Below are positions 51,743 through 64,000 of a stretch of 64,000 bases of DNA, one piece after another (positions within the stretch are counted from its first letter, which is position 1; each line of letters starts with the position of its first letter). Source of the stretch: Mobula hypostoma (lineage: Eukaryota); assembly GCF_963921235.1 (NCBI RefSeq), contig NC_086097.1, positions 42,904,001 to 42,968,000 of the forward strand, in the 5' to 3' direction. A program made the translations under genes and the position numbers. The notes beneath the pieces are model-generated. The model had not been told where the DNA came from. It worked only from the letters and a program-made list of their open reading frames with translations, and searched no databases.

Positions 51743-52665
51743 ATGCCTGCAGGGTTAGTGCTTTGTTCAGGGTGTCAGATATGGGAATCCTGGGAGATCC
51801 TGATCGCCACATCTGCGCCAGGTGCACTGAGTTACAGCTCCTCAGAGACCGTGTTAGGGATCTGGAGCTGCAGCTTGATGACCTACTGCTTATCAGGGAA
51901 AGTGAAGAGGTGATAGACAGGAGCTACAGGGAGGTAGTCATCCCTTGGCTACAAGGGTCAGAAAACTGGGTCACTGTCAAGAGAGGGAAGGGAAGTGCCC
52001 GGATAGTGGAGAGCACACCTGTGGCTGTTCCCCTCAGCAACAAGTATCTTCTTCTGGATGCTGTTGAGGGAAATGACCTGACAGGGCACGCCCACGGTGA
52101 CCGGGTCTCTGGCACTGAGCCTGGTGCTGTTGTGCAGGAGAGAAGGAGGGAGAAGAGGAATGCAGTAGTCGTAGGGGATTCCATAGTCAGGGGAATGGAC
52201 AGAAGATTCTGTGAGCCTGATAGAGATACCCGCATGGTGTGTTGCCTCCCAGGTGCCAGGGTACGGGATGTCTCGGATCGGGTCCTGAATATTCTGAAGG
52301 GGGAGGGTGAGCAGCCAATTGTCTTGGTACATGTTGGTACCAATGACATAGATAGGACAAAGGAGGAGGTCCTGAAGAGAGATTTCCAGGAGTTAGGAAG
52401 GAAGCTGAGCAGGACCTCCAGGGTAGTAATCTCGGGATTGCTACCTGTGCCACGTACTAGCGAGGGCAAGAATAGTAGGATCAGGCAGCTGAATGCGTGG
52501 CTGAGAGACTGGGGCAGGGGGCAGGGCTTCAGATTCTTGGATAATTGGGATCTCTTCTGGGGGAAGTATGACCTGTTCAGAATGGACAGGTTACACCTGA
52601 ACCCAAAGGGGACCAATATCCTGGCGGGAAAGTTTAATAGAGCTGTTAGGGAGGGTTTAAACTAA
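51743..52665 (+). pseudogene. CR1 ORF1 (zinc finger, coiled coil, SGNH/GDSL esterase); frameshift near the N-terminus
   Basis: MPAGLVLCSGC in one frame, HICARC...VVVGDSIVRG...LPGA...HVGTND...DRLHLN in another. Confidence 0.88.
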
Positions 52666-52733
52666 TTTGGCAGGGGGATGGGAACCGGAATGACAGAGCG
52701 GAGGAAGGGGAAAACAGAAATAAATCTAAGATA

Positions 52734-55639
52734 GTGAGCAGTAAAGATGTCAGGAAAGACAGGCAGGTGATGGGGCAAATTTGTAGCCGTTGGGATGAGT
52801 TGCAGTGCAATAAAGTTGCAGAGAAATCAAAGCGAAAAGTATCAAGTACTGGTCTTAAGGTGTTGTACTTAAATGCACGCAGCAGAAGGAATAAGGTGGA
52901 TGATCTTGTCGTACAGCTACAGATTGGCAGGTATGATATTGTGGCCATCACTGAGACCTGGCTAAAGGATGCGTGTCTCTGGGAGCTGAACATCCAAGGA
53001 TACACGGTGTATCGGAAGGATAGGAAGGTAGGCAGAGGGGGAGGCGTGGCTTTATTGGTAAGAAGTGATATTAAATCATTAGAAAGAGGTGATATAGGAT
53101 CAGAAGGTGCAGAATCTTTATGGGTTGAGCTAAGAAATAGCAGGGGTAAAAGGACCCTGATGGCAGTTATTTATAGGCCTCCAAACAGCTGCAGTGATGT
53201 GGACTACAAATTACAACTGGAAATAGAAAAGGCTTGTCGGAAGGGCAGTGTTATGATAATTGTGGGGGATCTTAACATGTGAGTGAATTGGGAAAATCAG
53301 GTCGGCACTGGATCTCAAGAGAGAGAATTTGTAGAATGTCTGCGAGATGGCTTTTTAGAACAGCTTGTTGTTGAGCCCACTAGGGGATTGGCTGTACTGG
53401 ATTGAGTATTGTGTAATGAACCGGAGGTGATTAGAGAGATTGAGGTGAAGGAACCCTTAGGAGGCAGTGATCATAACATGATTGAGTTCACTGTGAAATT
53501 TGAAAAAGAGAAGCTGAAATCTGATGTGTCAGTATTTCAGTGGAGTAAAGGAAATTACAGTGGCATGAGAGAGGAACTGGCCAAAGTTGACTGGAAAGGG
53601 ACGCTGGCAGGAAGGATGGCAGAGCAGCAGTCGCTGGAGTTTATGCGAGAAGTGAGGAAGGTGCAAGATAAAAAAGAAGAAATTTTCGAGTGGAAAAAGG
53701 ATGCAACCGTGGTTGACAAGAGAAGTCAAAGCCAAAGTTAAAGCAAAGGAGAGGGCATACAAGGAAGCAAAAATTAGTGGGAAGACAGAGGATTGGGAAG
53801 TTTTTAAAACCTTACAAAAGGAAACTAAGAAGGTCATTGAGGGAAAAGATTAACTATGAAAGGAAGCTGGTAAATAATATCAAAGAGGGTACTAAAAGCT
53901 TTTTCAAGTATATAAAGAGTAAAAGACAGGTGAGAGTAGATATAGAACTGATAGAAAATGATGCTGGAGAAATTGTAATGGGAGATAAGGAGATGGCAGA
54001 GGAACTGAACGAGTATTTTGCATCAGTCTTCACTGAGGAAGACATCAGCAATATACCGGACACTCAAGGGTGGCAGGGAAGAGAAGTGTGCACAGTCACA
54101 ATTACGACAGAGAAAGTACTCAGGAAGCTGAATAGTCTAAAGGTAGATAAATATCCTGGACCAGATGGAATGCACCTGCGTGTTCTGAAGGAAGTAGCTG
54201 TGGAGATTGCGGAGGCATTAGCGATGATCTTTCAAACGTCGATAGATTCTGGTATGGTTCCGGAGGACTGGAAGATTGCAAATGTCACTCCGCTATTTAA
54301 GAAGGGGGCAAGGAAGCAAAAAGGAAATTATAGACCTGTTAGCTTGACATCGGTGGTTGGGAAGTTGTTGGAGTCGATTGTCAAGGATGAGGTTACAGAG
54401 TACCTGAAGGCATATGACAAGATAGGCAGAATTCAGCATGGATTCCTTAAAGGAAAATCCTGCCTGACAAACCTATTACAATTTTTTGAGGAAATTACCA
54501 GTAGGCTAGACAAGGGAGATGTAGTGGATGTTGTGTATTTGGATTTTCAGAAGGCCTTTGACAAGGTGCCACACATAAGGCTACTTAACAAGATAAGAGC
54601 CCATGGAATTAAGGGAAAGTTACATACGTGGATAGAGAGTTGGCTGATTGGCAGAAAACAGAGAGTGGGAATAAAGGGATCCTATTCTGGTTGGCTGCCA
54701 GTTACCAGTGGTGTTCCACAGGGGTCCGTGTTGGGGCCACTTCTTTTTACATTGTACATCAATGATTTGGATTATGGAATAGATGACTTTGTGGTTAAGT
54801 TTGCTAATGATACGAAGATAGGTGGAGGGGCCGGTAGTGCTGAGGAAACGGAGAGTCTGCAGAGGGATTTGGATAGATTGGAAGAATGGGCAGAGAAGTG
54901 GCAAATGAAGTACAAGGTTGGAAAGTGTATGGTTATGCACTTTGGCAGAAAAAATAAACGGGCAGACTATTATTTAAATGGGGAAAGAATTCAAAGTTCA
55001 GAGATGCAACGGGGCTTGGGAGTCCTCATACAGGATACCCTTAAAGTTAACCTCCAGGCTGAGTCAGTAGTGAAGAAGGCAAATGCAATGTTGGCATTCA
55101 TTTCTAGAGGAAAAGAGTATAGGAGCAGGGATGTGATGTTGAGGCTCTATAAGGCACTGGTGAGACCTCGCTTGGAGTACTGTGGGCAGTTTTGGTCTCC
55201 TTATTTAAGAAAGGATGTGCTGACGTTGGAGAGGGTACAGAGAAGATTCACTAGAATGATTCCGGGAATGAGAGGGTTAACATATGAGGAACGTTTGTCC
55301 GCTTTTGGACTGTATTCCTTGGAGTTTAGAAGAATGAGGGGAGACCTCATAGAAACATTTCGAATATTGAAAGGCATGGACAGAGTGGATATGGCAAAGT
55401 TGATTCCCATGATGGGGGAGTCTAGTACGAGAGGGCATGACTTAAGGATTGAAGGGCGCCCATTCAGAACAGAAATGAGAAGAAATTTTTTTAGTCAGAG
55501 GGTGGTGAATCTATGGAATTTGTTGCCACGGGCAGCAGTGGAGGCCAAGTCATTGGGTGTATTTAAGGCAGAGATTGATAGGTATCTGAGTAGCCAGGGC
55601 ATCAAAGGTTATGGTGAGAAGGCGGGGGAGTGGGACTAA
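52734..55639 (+). pseudogene. CR1 ORF2 (endonuclease + reverse transcriptase), disrupted
   Basis: Stops and frameshifts at 53.28-53.84 kb; RT open to 55639 but catalytic FADD reads FAND. Confidence 0.9.
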
Positions 55640-57719
55640 ATGGGAGAATGGATCAGCTCATAATAAAATGGTGGAGCAGACTCAATGGGCCAAATGGCCG
55701 ACTTCTGCTCCTTTGTCTTATGATCTTATGAACATCGAACCTTTAAGGTCTTCTTTTCATTTGAGATACTACTTCCAGGTATAAATGTACCCTGTAAGCT
55801 GAGTGTTACTATGAAGCCGCAATTGAAAAGTTTCTGAAGAACCCAATACAGTGACAATTTGCTAGATGATTACGATACTAAATGTTTCACTATTTCACAT
55901 AATAACAGAGATTAGACTGGGAAAGAGAATAGAAGAGCTGAAATTGGGATGCCTTTAACAATGTTTGGTAAAATGTTGTCTGGCATGATTCCAAGTCATT
56001 TCAATAAGTCAGTAAACACCATTACCATTGTTCTGTCAAGTCCATTACCAAGACGACAACAGTCCTGGCTTCATGGGTGTAATCTTGATTTTGTGTAGCA
56101 CTGGTTATGAATCTAAAAGCTATTTCACATCTCTTTCATTAAGGTGATTGTTTAATCTCCCTGACTGTGCTAAAATCTAAACTTTTTTATAAAGCCAGGA
56201 GTGAGAACTGGCACCATACTTTCAATTTATTATGGTATTCTATTGCTCCTACTGAAAATAAATTATTATGTAGTTTTGCCATTTAGTGATAGTGTGGAGA
56301 GTAAAATACAGTTATGAGAATGCATTAGGAGAAAAATATTAGATTTATGCAGCTACAGCGAGCTAGGTAAATCTGATCCAGATTCCGGATCTGACCCGAA
56401 ATCAAGCATGAGATTATGTATTCTACAAATACTTATATCTGGATGAGGACAGGATCAGGTATGGCTTCAATCTCCCTCTAATTAATTGCTAAGAATTATT
56501 ATTGGATCATAAACATGAAAGCTGACCACTAGGACAAGTGATGTGGGGGCAGGGTTTCAGATTTCTGGACCATTGGGATCTCTTCTGGGGTATGGATGAC
56601 CAGTACAAAAAGAACAAGTTACACCTGAACCCAAGATGGACCAATATCCTCAGGGGCAGGTTTGCTAGAGCTATTGGGCAGGGCTTAATCTAAATTGGCC
56701 CAGAGGATGGGAACTGGAATGATTGGGCAGTTGGTATACAAGTCGATGCAGTGTGTAGTGAGACTAGGAGGAAGAGTAAGCAGATGTTAGGGCAAAATTG
56801 CAGTCAGTGGGATGAGTTGAAGTGTAACAATTTGACTACATTGACAAGGGTGACAAATACAGGACTGAAAGTGTTATATTTGGATGTATAATGAATAAGC
56901 TAGAGGATCTTGCAGCGCTGTTCGACATTGGCAGGTATCTTGTGGGCATCACTGAGATGTGGCTAAAAGAAGATCATAGTTGGGAGCTTAGCATCAAAGG
57001 ATACACCTTGTATTAGAAGGACAGACAAGTAGACTGGGGTGGCTGTGTTCATAAAAAAATGAAATCAAATCCTTAGAGAGAGGTGACATAGGATCGGAAG
57101 CTGCAGAATCCTTGTGAGTATAGTTAAGAAACTGCAAGGAAAAAAGACCCCGATGGGAGATATGTACAGGCCCCTGAAAGATAGCCACAATGTGGGATAT
57201 AAATTTCGATGGGATATAGCAAAGGCATGTAAAAAGGGCAATGTTACAATAGTCATGGGGGAATTTCAAAATGCAGGTAGATTGGGAAAATCAGGTTGGT
57301 GCTGGATCCCAAGAGAGGGAATTTGTAGAATGCGTATAATATGGCTTTTTAGAGTACCTTGTGGTTGAGCTCACTAGGGGAAAGGCAATTCCCAATTGGA
57401 TGTAGTATAATGAACCAGATTTGATTAGGGAGTTTAAAGTAAAGGGACCCTTAGGAGGTAGTGATCATAATATGATAGATTTCACCCCGCAGTTTGAGAG
57501 GGACACTTGCAAGGATGACGGCAGAACAGCAATGGCTGGAGTTTCTGAGGGCAATTTAGAGGGATAGATACATCCCATAGATGAAGTATTCTAAAGGGAA
57601 GATGAGACAATCATGGCTGACAAGGGAAGTCAAGACAGCATTAAAGCAAAAAAAAAGAGGGCATATAATATAGCAAAAATCAGAGGGCAGTTTGAAGATT
57701 GGGTAACTTTTAAGAACCC

Positions 57720-59447
57720 AATAGAAGACAACTTGGAGGCAGCATCAGATATACGACAACTCTGGCAGGGTTTGCAAGACATTACTTCCTACAAAGCAAA
57801 CCCCAATAGCATGAATGGCAGCAATGCTTCACTACTGGATAAGCTCAATGCCTTCTATGCCCGCTTTGAAAGGGAGAATATAACTACATCTGTGAAGATC
57901 CCTGTTGCACCTGATGACCCTGTGATCTCTCTCTCAGAGGGAATGTTAAGCTGTCTTTAAAAAGAGTGAACCCTCACAAAGCGGAAAGTCCCGAGTACTT
58001 GGGTAAGGCTCTGAAAACCTGTGCCAACCAAATGGTGGGAGTATTCAAGGACATTTTCAACCTCTCACTGCTACTGGCAGAAGTTCCCACTTGCTTCAAA
58101 AAGGTAACAATTATACCTAAGAAGAATAATGTGAGCTGCCTTAATGACTGTCGCCCAGTAGCACTCACATCTACAGTGATGAAATGCTTTGGGAGGTTGA
58201 TCATGACTAGATGGAACTCCTGCCTCAGTAAGGACCTGGACCCATTGCAATTTGCCTTTTGCCACAATAGGTCAATGGCAGATGCAATCTCAATGGCTTT
58301 CCACACGGCTTTAGACCACCTGGACAACACAAACACCTACGTCAGGATGCTGTTCATTGACTATAGCATTTAATACCATCATTCCCACAATCCTGATTGA
58401 GAAGTTACGGAACCTGGGCCTCTGTACCTCCCTCTGCAATTGGATCCTCGACTCCCTAATCGGAAGACCACAATCTGTGCGGATTGGTGATAACATATCC
58501 TCCTGCTGACGACCAACACTAGTGCACCTCAGGGGTGTGTGCTTAGCCCACTGCTCTACTCTCTCTATACCCATGACTGTGTGGCTAGGCACAGCTCAAG
58601 TACCATCTATAAATCTGCTGATGGTGACGAGAGGGCGTACAGGAGTGAGATATGCCAACTAGTGGAGTGGTGCCACAGCAACAACCTGGCACTCAACATC
58701 AGTAAGATGAAGGAGCAGATTGTGGACTTCAGGAAGGGTAAGACGAAGGAGCACATACCAATCCTTATAGAGGGACTGGAAGTGGAGAGAGTGAGCAGTT
58801 CAAGTTCCTGGGTGTCAAGATCTCTGAAGACCTAACCTGGTCCCAACATATCGATGTAGTTATAAAGAAGGCAAGACAGCGACTGTACTTCATTAGGAGT
58901 TTGAAGACATTTGGTATGCCTACAAATACACTCAACAAGTTCTATAGGTGTACTGTGGAGAGCATTCTGACAGGCTGCATTACAGCCTGGTATGGGGGGG
59001 TGCTACTGCACAGGACCAAAAGAAGCTGAGAGTTGTAAATTTATTCAGCTCCATCTTGGGTGCTAGCCTACAAAGTACCCAGGACATCTTCAAGGAGCAG
59101 TGTCTCAGAAAGGCAGAGTCCATTATTACGGACCTCCAGCACCCAGGGCATGCCCTTTTCTCACTGTTACCATCAGGTAGGAGGTCAGAAGCCTGAAGCC
59201 ACACACTTCTTCCCCTCTGCCATCTGATTTCTAAATGGTCACTGAAGCCTTGAACACTACCTCACTTTTTTAATATATATTATTTGTTTTTGCACAATTT
59301 TTAATCTATTCAATATACTTATACTGTAATAGATTTACTTATTTATTATTTTTTTCTCTTCTATATTATGTATTGCATTGAACTGCTGCTATTAAGTTAA
59401 CAAATCTCGCAACGCATGCCGGTGATAATAAACCTGATTCTGATTCT
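57720..59447 (+). mobile_element. Rex1/Babar-clade LINE nested in CR1
   Basis: [37 protein letters not shown]; AATAAA + (CTGATT)n tail. Confidence 0.88.
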
Positions 59448-60026
59448 AAAAACACTATAAGAGAAAAGATGAAATATGAAGGTAAGCTAGCCAATAATAT
59501 AAAAGAAGACATCAGAATTTTTTTCAGATATATAGAGTAAAGGAGAGGTGAGTGTAGAAATGGAAGATGAACTTAATGTTTTCTGCATCAGTGTTCACTG
59601 TGGAAGACGTTAGTAGTACGCTAGAAATTCAAGAGTGTCAGGGGGAGAAGTGAGTGTTGTTGCTATTACTAAGGAGAAGGTGCTTGGGAAGCTGAAAGGT
59701 CTGAAGGTAGGTAAACCACCAGGACCAAATGGACTACACTCCAGGGCTCTGAAAGAAGTAGTGAAGAGCTTGTAGAGGCATTAGTAATAATCTTTCAAGA
59801 ATCACTAGATTCTGGTATGGTTCCAGAGGACTGGAAAATTGCAGATGTCACTCCACTCTTTGAGAAGGGAGGGTGGCAGAAGAAAGGAAATTTTAGGCCA
59901 GTTAACCTGACTTCAGTGGTTGGGAAGATGTTGGACAACATTATTAAGGATGGGGTTGCAGGGAACTTGGAGGCACATGATAAAATTGGCCAAAGTCAGC
60001 ATGCTTTTCGTAATGGGAAACCACGC

Positions 60027-61250
60027 TGGGGGTGGCATAGTAGCGTAGTGGTTTACAGTGCAGGTGACTCGGGTTCAATTCCTGCTGATGCCTGAAAGGA
60101 GACTCTGCATTCTCCCTTTGACCGCGTGGATTTCCTCTGCATGCTCCAGGTTCTTCCTGCAGTCCAAAGATGTACCGGTAGGTAGATTAGTCGGTCATTG
60201 TAAATTGTCTCGTGATTAGGCTAGGATTAAATCCGGGGTTGCTGGGTGGCATGGCTCTTCTGGCCCTATCCAGGTCAAGTGAAGTCAAGTTGCTTTTTAT
60301 TGTCATTTCAACCATAAACTGCCGGTATAGTACACAGTAAAAACGAAACAACTTTCCTCCAGGACCATGGTGCTACAAGAAACAACACAAAACCACACTA
60401 GACTAAGTGAGACAACACAAGGCTACACTAGACTACGTAAGACAACACAAAAACTACACTAGACTACAGACCTGCACAGGACTACATAAATTGCACAAAA
60501 CAGTGCAGGGCAGTACAATAAATAATAAACAAGACAATAGGCACAGTAGAGGACAAATTACAATATAATAATAAATGATGTAGATGTCAGTCTAGACTCT
60601 GGGTATTAAGGAGTCTGATAGCTTGGGGGAAGAAACTGTTGCAGTCTGGTCGTGAGAGCCTGAATGCTTCGGTACCTTTTGCCAGATGGCAGGAGGGAGA
60701 AGAGTTTGTATGAAGGATGCATAGGGTCCTTCACAATGCTGTTGGCTTTACGGGTGCAGCGTGTGGTGTAAATGTCTGTAATGGCAGGAAGAGAGACCCC
60801 GATGATCTTCTCAGCTGACCTCACTATCTGCTGCAGGTCTTGAGATCTGAGATGGTGCAATTCAAGAACCAGGCAGTGATGCAGCTGCTCGGGATGCTCT
60901 CCATACATCCTCAGTAGAATGAGGTGAGGATGGGGGGGGGGGGCGGGTGTGGGAGATGGACTTTTCTCAGCCTTCACAGAAAGTAGAGACGCTGCTGGGC
61001 TTTCTTGGCTATGGAGCTGGTGTAGAGGGACCAGGTGAGATTCTCCACCAGGTGAAAACCAAGAAATTTGGTGCTCTTAATAATCTCAACGGAGGAGCTG
61101 TCAGTGTTCAGTGGAGAGTGGTCGCTCCGTGCTCTGCTGAAGTCAACAACCATCTCTTTTGTTTTGTTCACATTCAGAGACAGGTTATTGGCTCTGCATC
61201 CACGCTGTATCTCAATAAATAAATAAAAATTATAAATAAAATAAATAATA
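60027..61250 (+). mobile_element. V-SINE (tRNA-derived head) interrupted by a minus-strand Rex1-like fragment (~60272-61197)
   Basis: A-box-like TAGCGTAGTGG, B-box-like GGTTCAATTCC, CAGTCCAAAGATGT core; tail GCTGTATCTCAATAAATAAA resumes at ~61203. Confidence 0.8.
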
Positions 61251-62319
61251 AGGGGAAATCTTGCCTGACAAATCCATTGGAATTCTTTGAAGATATAACA
61301 GGCAGGATAGACAAACAACACAGTTTACTTGGAGTTTCAAAAGCCCTTTGACAAAGCTGCTGAACAAAGTAAGTCTATGGTATTACAGGAAAGATACTAG
61401 CATGGATAGAAGATTGGCTGATTGGCAGGAGGCAAAGAGTTGGAATAGAGGGGGTTTATTCTGTTCAGTTGCCGGTGACAAGTGGTGTTCCACAGGTCTG
61501 GGACTGCTTTTCACTTTTATGTCAATGATTTTGATGATGGAATTAATGGCTTTGTGGCCAAGTATGCAGATGATACAAAGATAGGTGGAGAGGCAGGTAG
61601 TGTTGAGGAAGCAGGGAATCTGTGGAAGTACCTGGACAAAGGCTGAAGAAATGTACAATTTTGAGTTGATAGGAATTCTCCTCAGTAAAAGGCACAGTAC
61701 TACACCTAGTAAAGCTGGTTCAATCCTGATCTCTGGTTCTGTGTAGAGTTTGCACATTTTCCCTGTGATCACATGGGTTTCACTCTGGTTTCCTTTTACA
61801 TGCAAAGATACGTGTGTTGATAGGTTAGTTGCTTGGTGTAAACCTTGGTTCTGCCTGCGTGGATGATGGAATCTGGGATTTGTGTAAATGGGTGCTTGGT
61901 TTGGACTCAGTGGGCCAAAGGACTCATTTTCATGCAGTCTAACTCGACAAACCAGTGGGCATTTGGTAGAAAGATCTTTCACCATCAGATGAAGAATTTT
62001 TTTTTGCTTAGACGTGGCAGGGGTCTGCTGGAAGGACTTTCACTACATTAAAAAGTACTTGGATGGAGCATTACAAGTTGTGACCTACAGAGCCATGGAT
62101 AGGGGGCTGGAAGATGGGATTAAGCTGGGTAGTTATTTCTTATCTAACACAGACAAGATGGGCCAAGTGGTCTCCTTTTGCATCATAAATTTTATGTGAT
62201 TTAAGAAATAAATCTCTAATTCATCCTTCTGAATTTTAAAATAACACACATTACAATTCTAAACAAACTTACATTTTATTGTACAATAACACCATACATT
62301 TATAAATAGAAGTTTTTCT

Positions 62320-62979
62320 TTAATCTAACTGATAAAGTTCAGTATTCTGAAAGGTGAATGCAGAATGTGTTGTATGGTCACAAATAACCTTCACACTTTT
62401 ATCAGCATGATCAATTTCCTCCAGAACTTGGAATGAAGCTGTTCCTTTAACAAACTCTGAATGATTGTCATTCATTTGATCAGCTGGAAGGTCATCTTCA
62501 TCAAGAAACTCATTATCAACGCCCTCCCTTTTTGCACACACAGAACTGGCTGAGGACTCATCATTCACAGATATTGGATCCTCTGCTTGCAGTACACCAA
62601 GCTCTGAGGGTGACTGACTTTCAACTTCAATTTCACTAACAAGCTTATTCCCATCAATGGGATTCATGCAGCCACTTTCAGATACCTGGTCCACTCCAGG
62701 CTTCAAAATTACCCTTGTTCCTTCTGATGAATTGTGTAAATGTACAGAATTATCACAATTCTCTGACAGGATAACCAGTTCATCTTGTTGATTGGATACA
62801 AATTCAACACCATCATCTGACAATGATGGGTCCCTCTCTGCCTTTTTATCACTTGCAATAGATTCAGTCAAGCCCATTTCTTCTCCACGTTGCTGAAGGT
62901 TTGATGGAGTAATGCCAGCTGTACTGTGATTCAGATCACATGCATGAGAGATGATTTCATCCTCCTCTTGCTGCTGAAA
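62320..62979 (-). CDS. DNAAF2: Dynein axonemal assembly factor 2 (Kintoun), terminal exon
   Basis: Acceptor ttttgtAG at 62981-62980; open phase-0 frame of 219 aa ending SVKVICDHTTHSAFTFQNTELYQLD*, resembling the DNAAF2 C-terminus; AATAAA (minus) at 62275-62280; syntenic tail-to-tail with MGAT2. Confidence 0.88.
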   Translation of the reverse strand, partial: FQQQEEDEIISHACDLNHSTAGITPSNLQQRGEEMGLTESIASDKKAERDPSLSDDGVEFVSNQQDELVILSENCDNSVHLHNSSEGTRVILKPGVDQVSESGCMNPIDGNKLVSEIEVESQSPSELGVLQAEDPISVNDESSASSVCAKREGVDNEFLDEDDLPADQMNDNHSEFVKGTASFQVLEEIDHADKSVKVICDHTTHSAFTFQNTELYQLD

Positions 62980-63116
62980 CTACAAAACCAGAATATTTAT
63001 CTGAATTTGTATTTTAAAATAGTAGTTAAACTTGTTTCAAATATCACCACTGATCCATTTCAAATTTACAAGGCACTGTTTTATTGCTGATGAAAGGACA
63101 GATGTAGTATATTTTA

Positions 63117-64000
63117 GTGTACATTCAAGATGAGGTAGTAAATTGGATTAGACATTGGCTTTGCGGGAGAAGCCAGAGAGTGGTAGTAGATGGTTGCTTC
63201 TCTAACCGGAGGCCTGTGTCTAGTGGAGTGCAGCAGGGATTGGCGCTGAGAGCATTGCTGTTTGTCATCTACATCAATGATCTGGATGATAATGTGGCTA
63301 AGTTGAACAGCAAATTGTGGATGACACCAAAACTAGGGGTGCAGTGGACTGTGAGGAAGACTGTCCGAGCTTGCAGTGAGATCTGGACCAGCTGGTAAAA
63401 TGGGCTGATAAATGACAGATGGAATTTAGTGCAGACAAGAGTGAGGTGTTGCAATTCCATAGGACCAAGTAGGGTAGGTCTTACATAGTGAATGGTAAGG
63501 CACTGACGACTCCTATAGAACAAAGGGGTCTGGGAATACAGCTCCATAATTTAGTAAGGTGGCATCACAGGTTGAAAGGGTTGTAAAGAAAGCTTCTAGC
63601 ACATTGGCCTTCACAACTCAAAGTAGTGATAACAGGAGATGAGATGTTATGTTATATTGAAGTTGTATAAGACATTGTTGAGGCCTTATTTGGAGTATTG
63701 TGTGTAGTTTTGGTCACCTACCTACATGATGTAAATAAAGTTGAAAGAGAGTGCAGAGAAAATTTACAAGGCTGTTCATTGGACTGGAGGCCTGAGTCAT
63801 ATGGAATGATTCAATAGGTTAGGGCTTTATTTCCTTGGAACGTAGAAGATTGAGGAGATACTTGATAGAAGTAATGCAAAATTATGAGGGGTACAGATAG
63901 GGTAAATATAAGCAGGCTTTTTCCACTGAGGTTGGGTGGGACTACAATTAGAGGTCATAGGTTAGGAATGAAAGATGAAAAGTTTAAGGAGAACATGAGG
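63117..64000 (+). mobile_element. CR1 RT fragment in DNAAF2 intron
   Basis: WIRHWLCGRSQRVVVDG..LFVIYINDLD; degenerate downstream CR1 motifs. Confidence 0.85.

Larger units (their letters stand above)
51392..55730 (+). mobile_element. Near full-length CR1 LINE
   Basis: CpG-rich 5' UTR; ORF1 with CxxC zinc-finger remnants and SGNH esterase; ORF2 APE (LNARS, ITETW, YRPP, GSDHN) + RT; (TCTTATGA)-type tail. Confidence 0.95.
56520..61650 (+). mobile_element. Older CR1 copy split by nested insertions
   Basis: Colinear CR1 pieces at ~56520-57720, ~59450-60020 and ~61250-61650 (MVPEDWKIADVTPLFEKG, KYADD). Confidence 0.85.

Noticed and set aside
51924-52616. 230-aa antisense ORF and similar short ORFs across the window
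   Set aside because: Shadow frames of TE coding sequence or chance ORFs with no recognisable domains
60380-60480. Short direct repeats (ACAACACAA..CTACACTAGACTA) as a CRISPR-like array
   Set aside because: Tandem repeats without unique spacers in a LINE 3' UTR of a eukaryotic genome; no cas genes

Overview
Vertebrate genomic DNA, most likely from a cartilaginous fish such as a ray or shark (inferred from the repeat landscape). It holds the conserved block RPS29(-, 3 exons) - LRR1(+, 4 coding exons, 422 aa) - MGAT2(+, single coding exon, 434 aa) - DNAAF2(-, last exon only). This is the gene order of human 14q21.3, without a recognisable 7SL gene or RPL36AL. Most of the remaining sequence is transposable elements: a fold-back Penelope-like element (RT + GIY-YIG) with a 14-bp TSD, a near full-length L1, a near full-length CR1 with an SGNH-esterase ORF1, Rex1/Babar LINEs, V-SINEs, a Tc1 element, nested hAT MITEs and a solo LTR. 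The most notable non-annotated signal is a family of minimal type-I hammerhead-ribozyme motifs (AGTC-CTGAnGA-A-stemII-GAAA-CGTC^GACT) carried by the Penelope-like element and by many tiny non-autonomous derivatives. Two same-strand copies lie 332 nt apart and could form a double hammerhead. Other points of interest are an orphan CpG-island promoter about 10 kb upstream of the LRR1 ATG, a 159-bp inverted templated insertion inside the solo LTR, and a weak H/ACA-like hairpin. Exon, TSD and motif coordinates were read base by base. Boundaries of old TE fragments are approximate, and family names come from motif recognition, not database searches.
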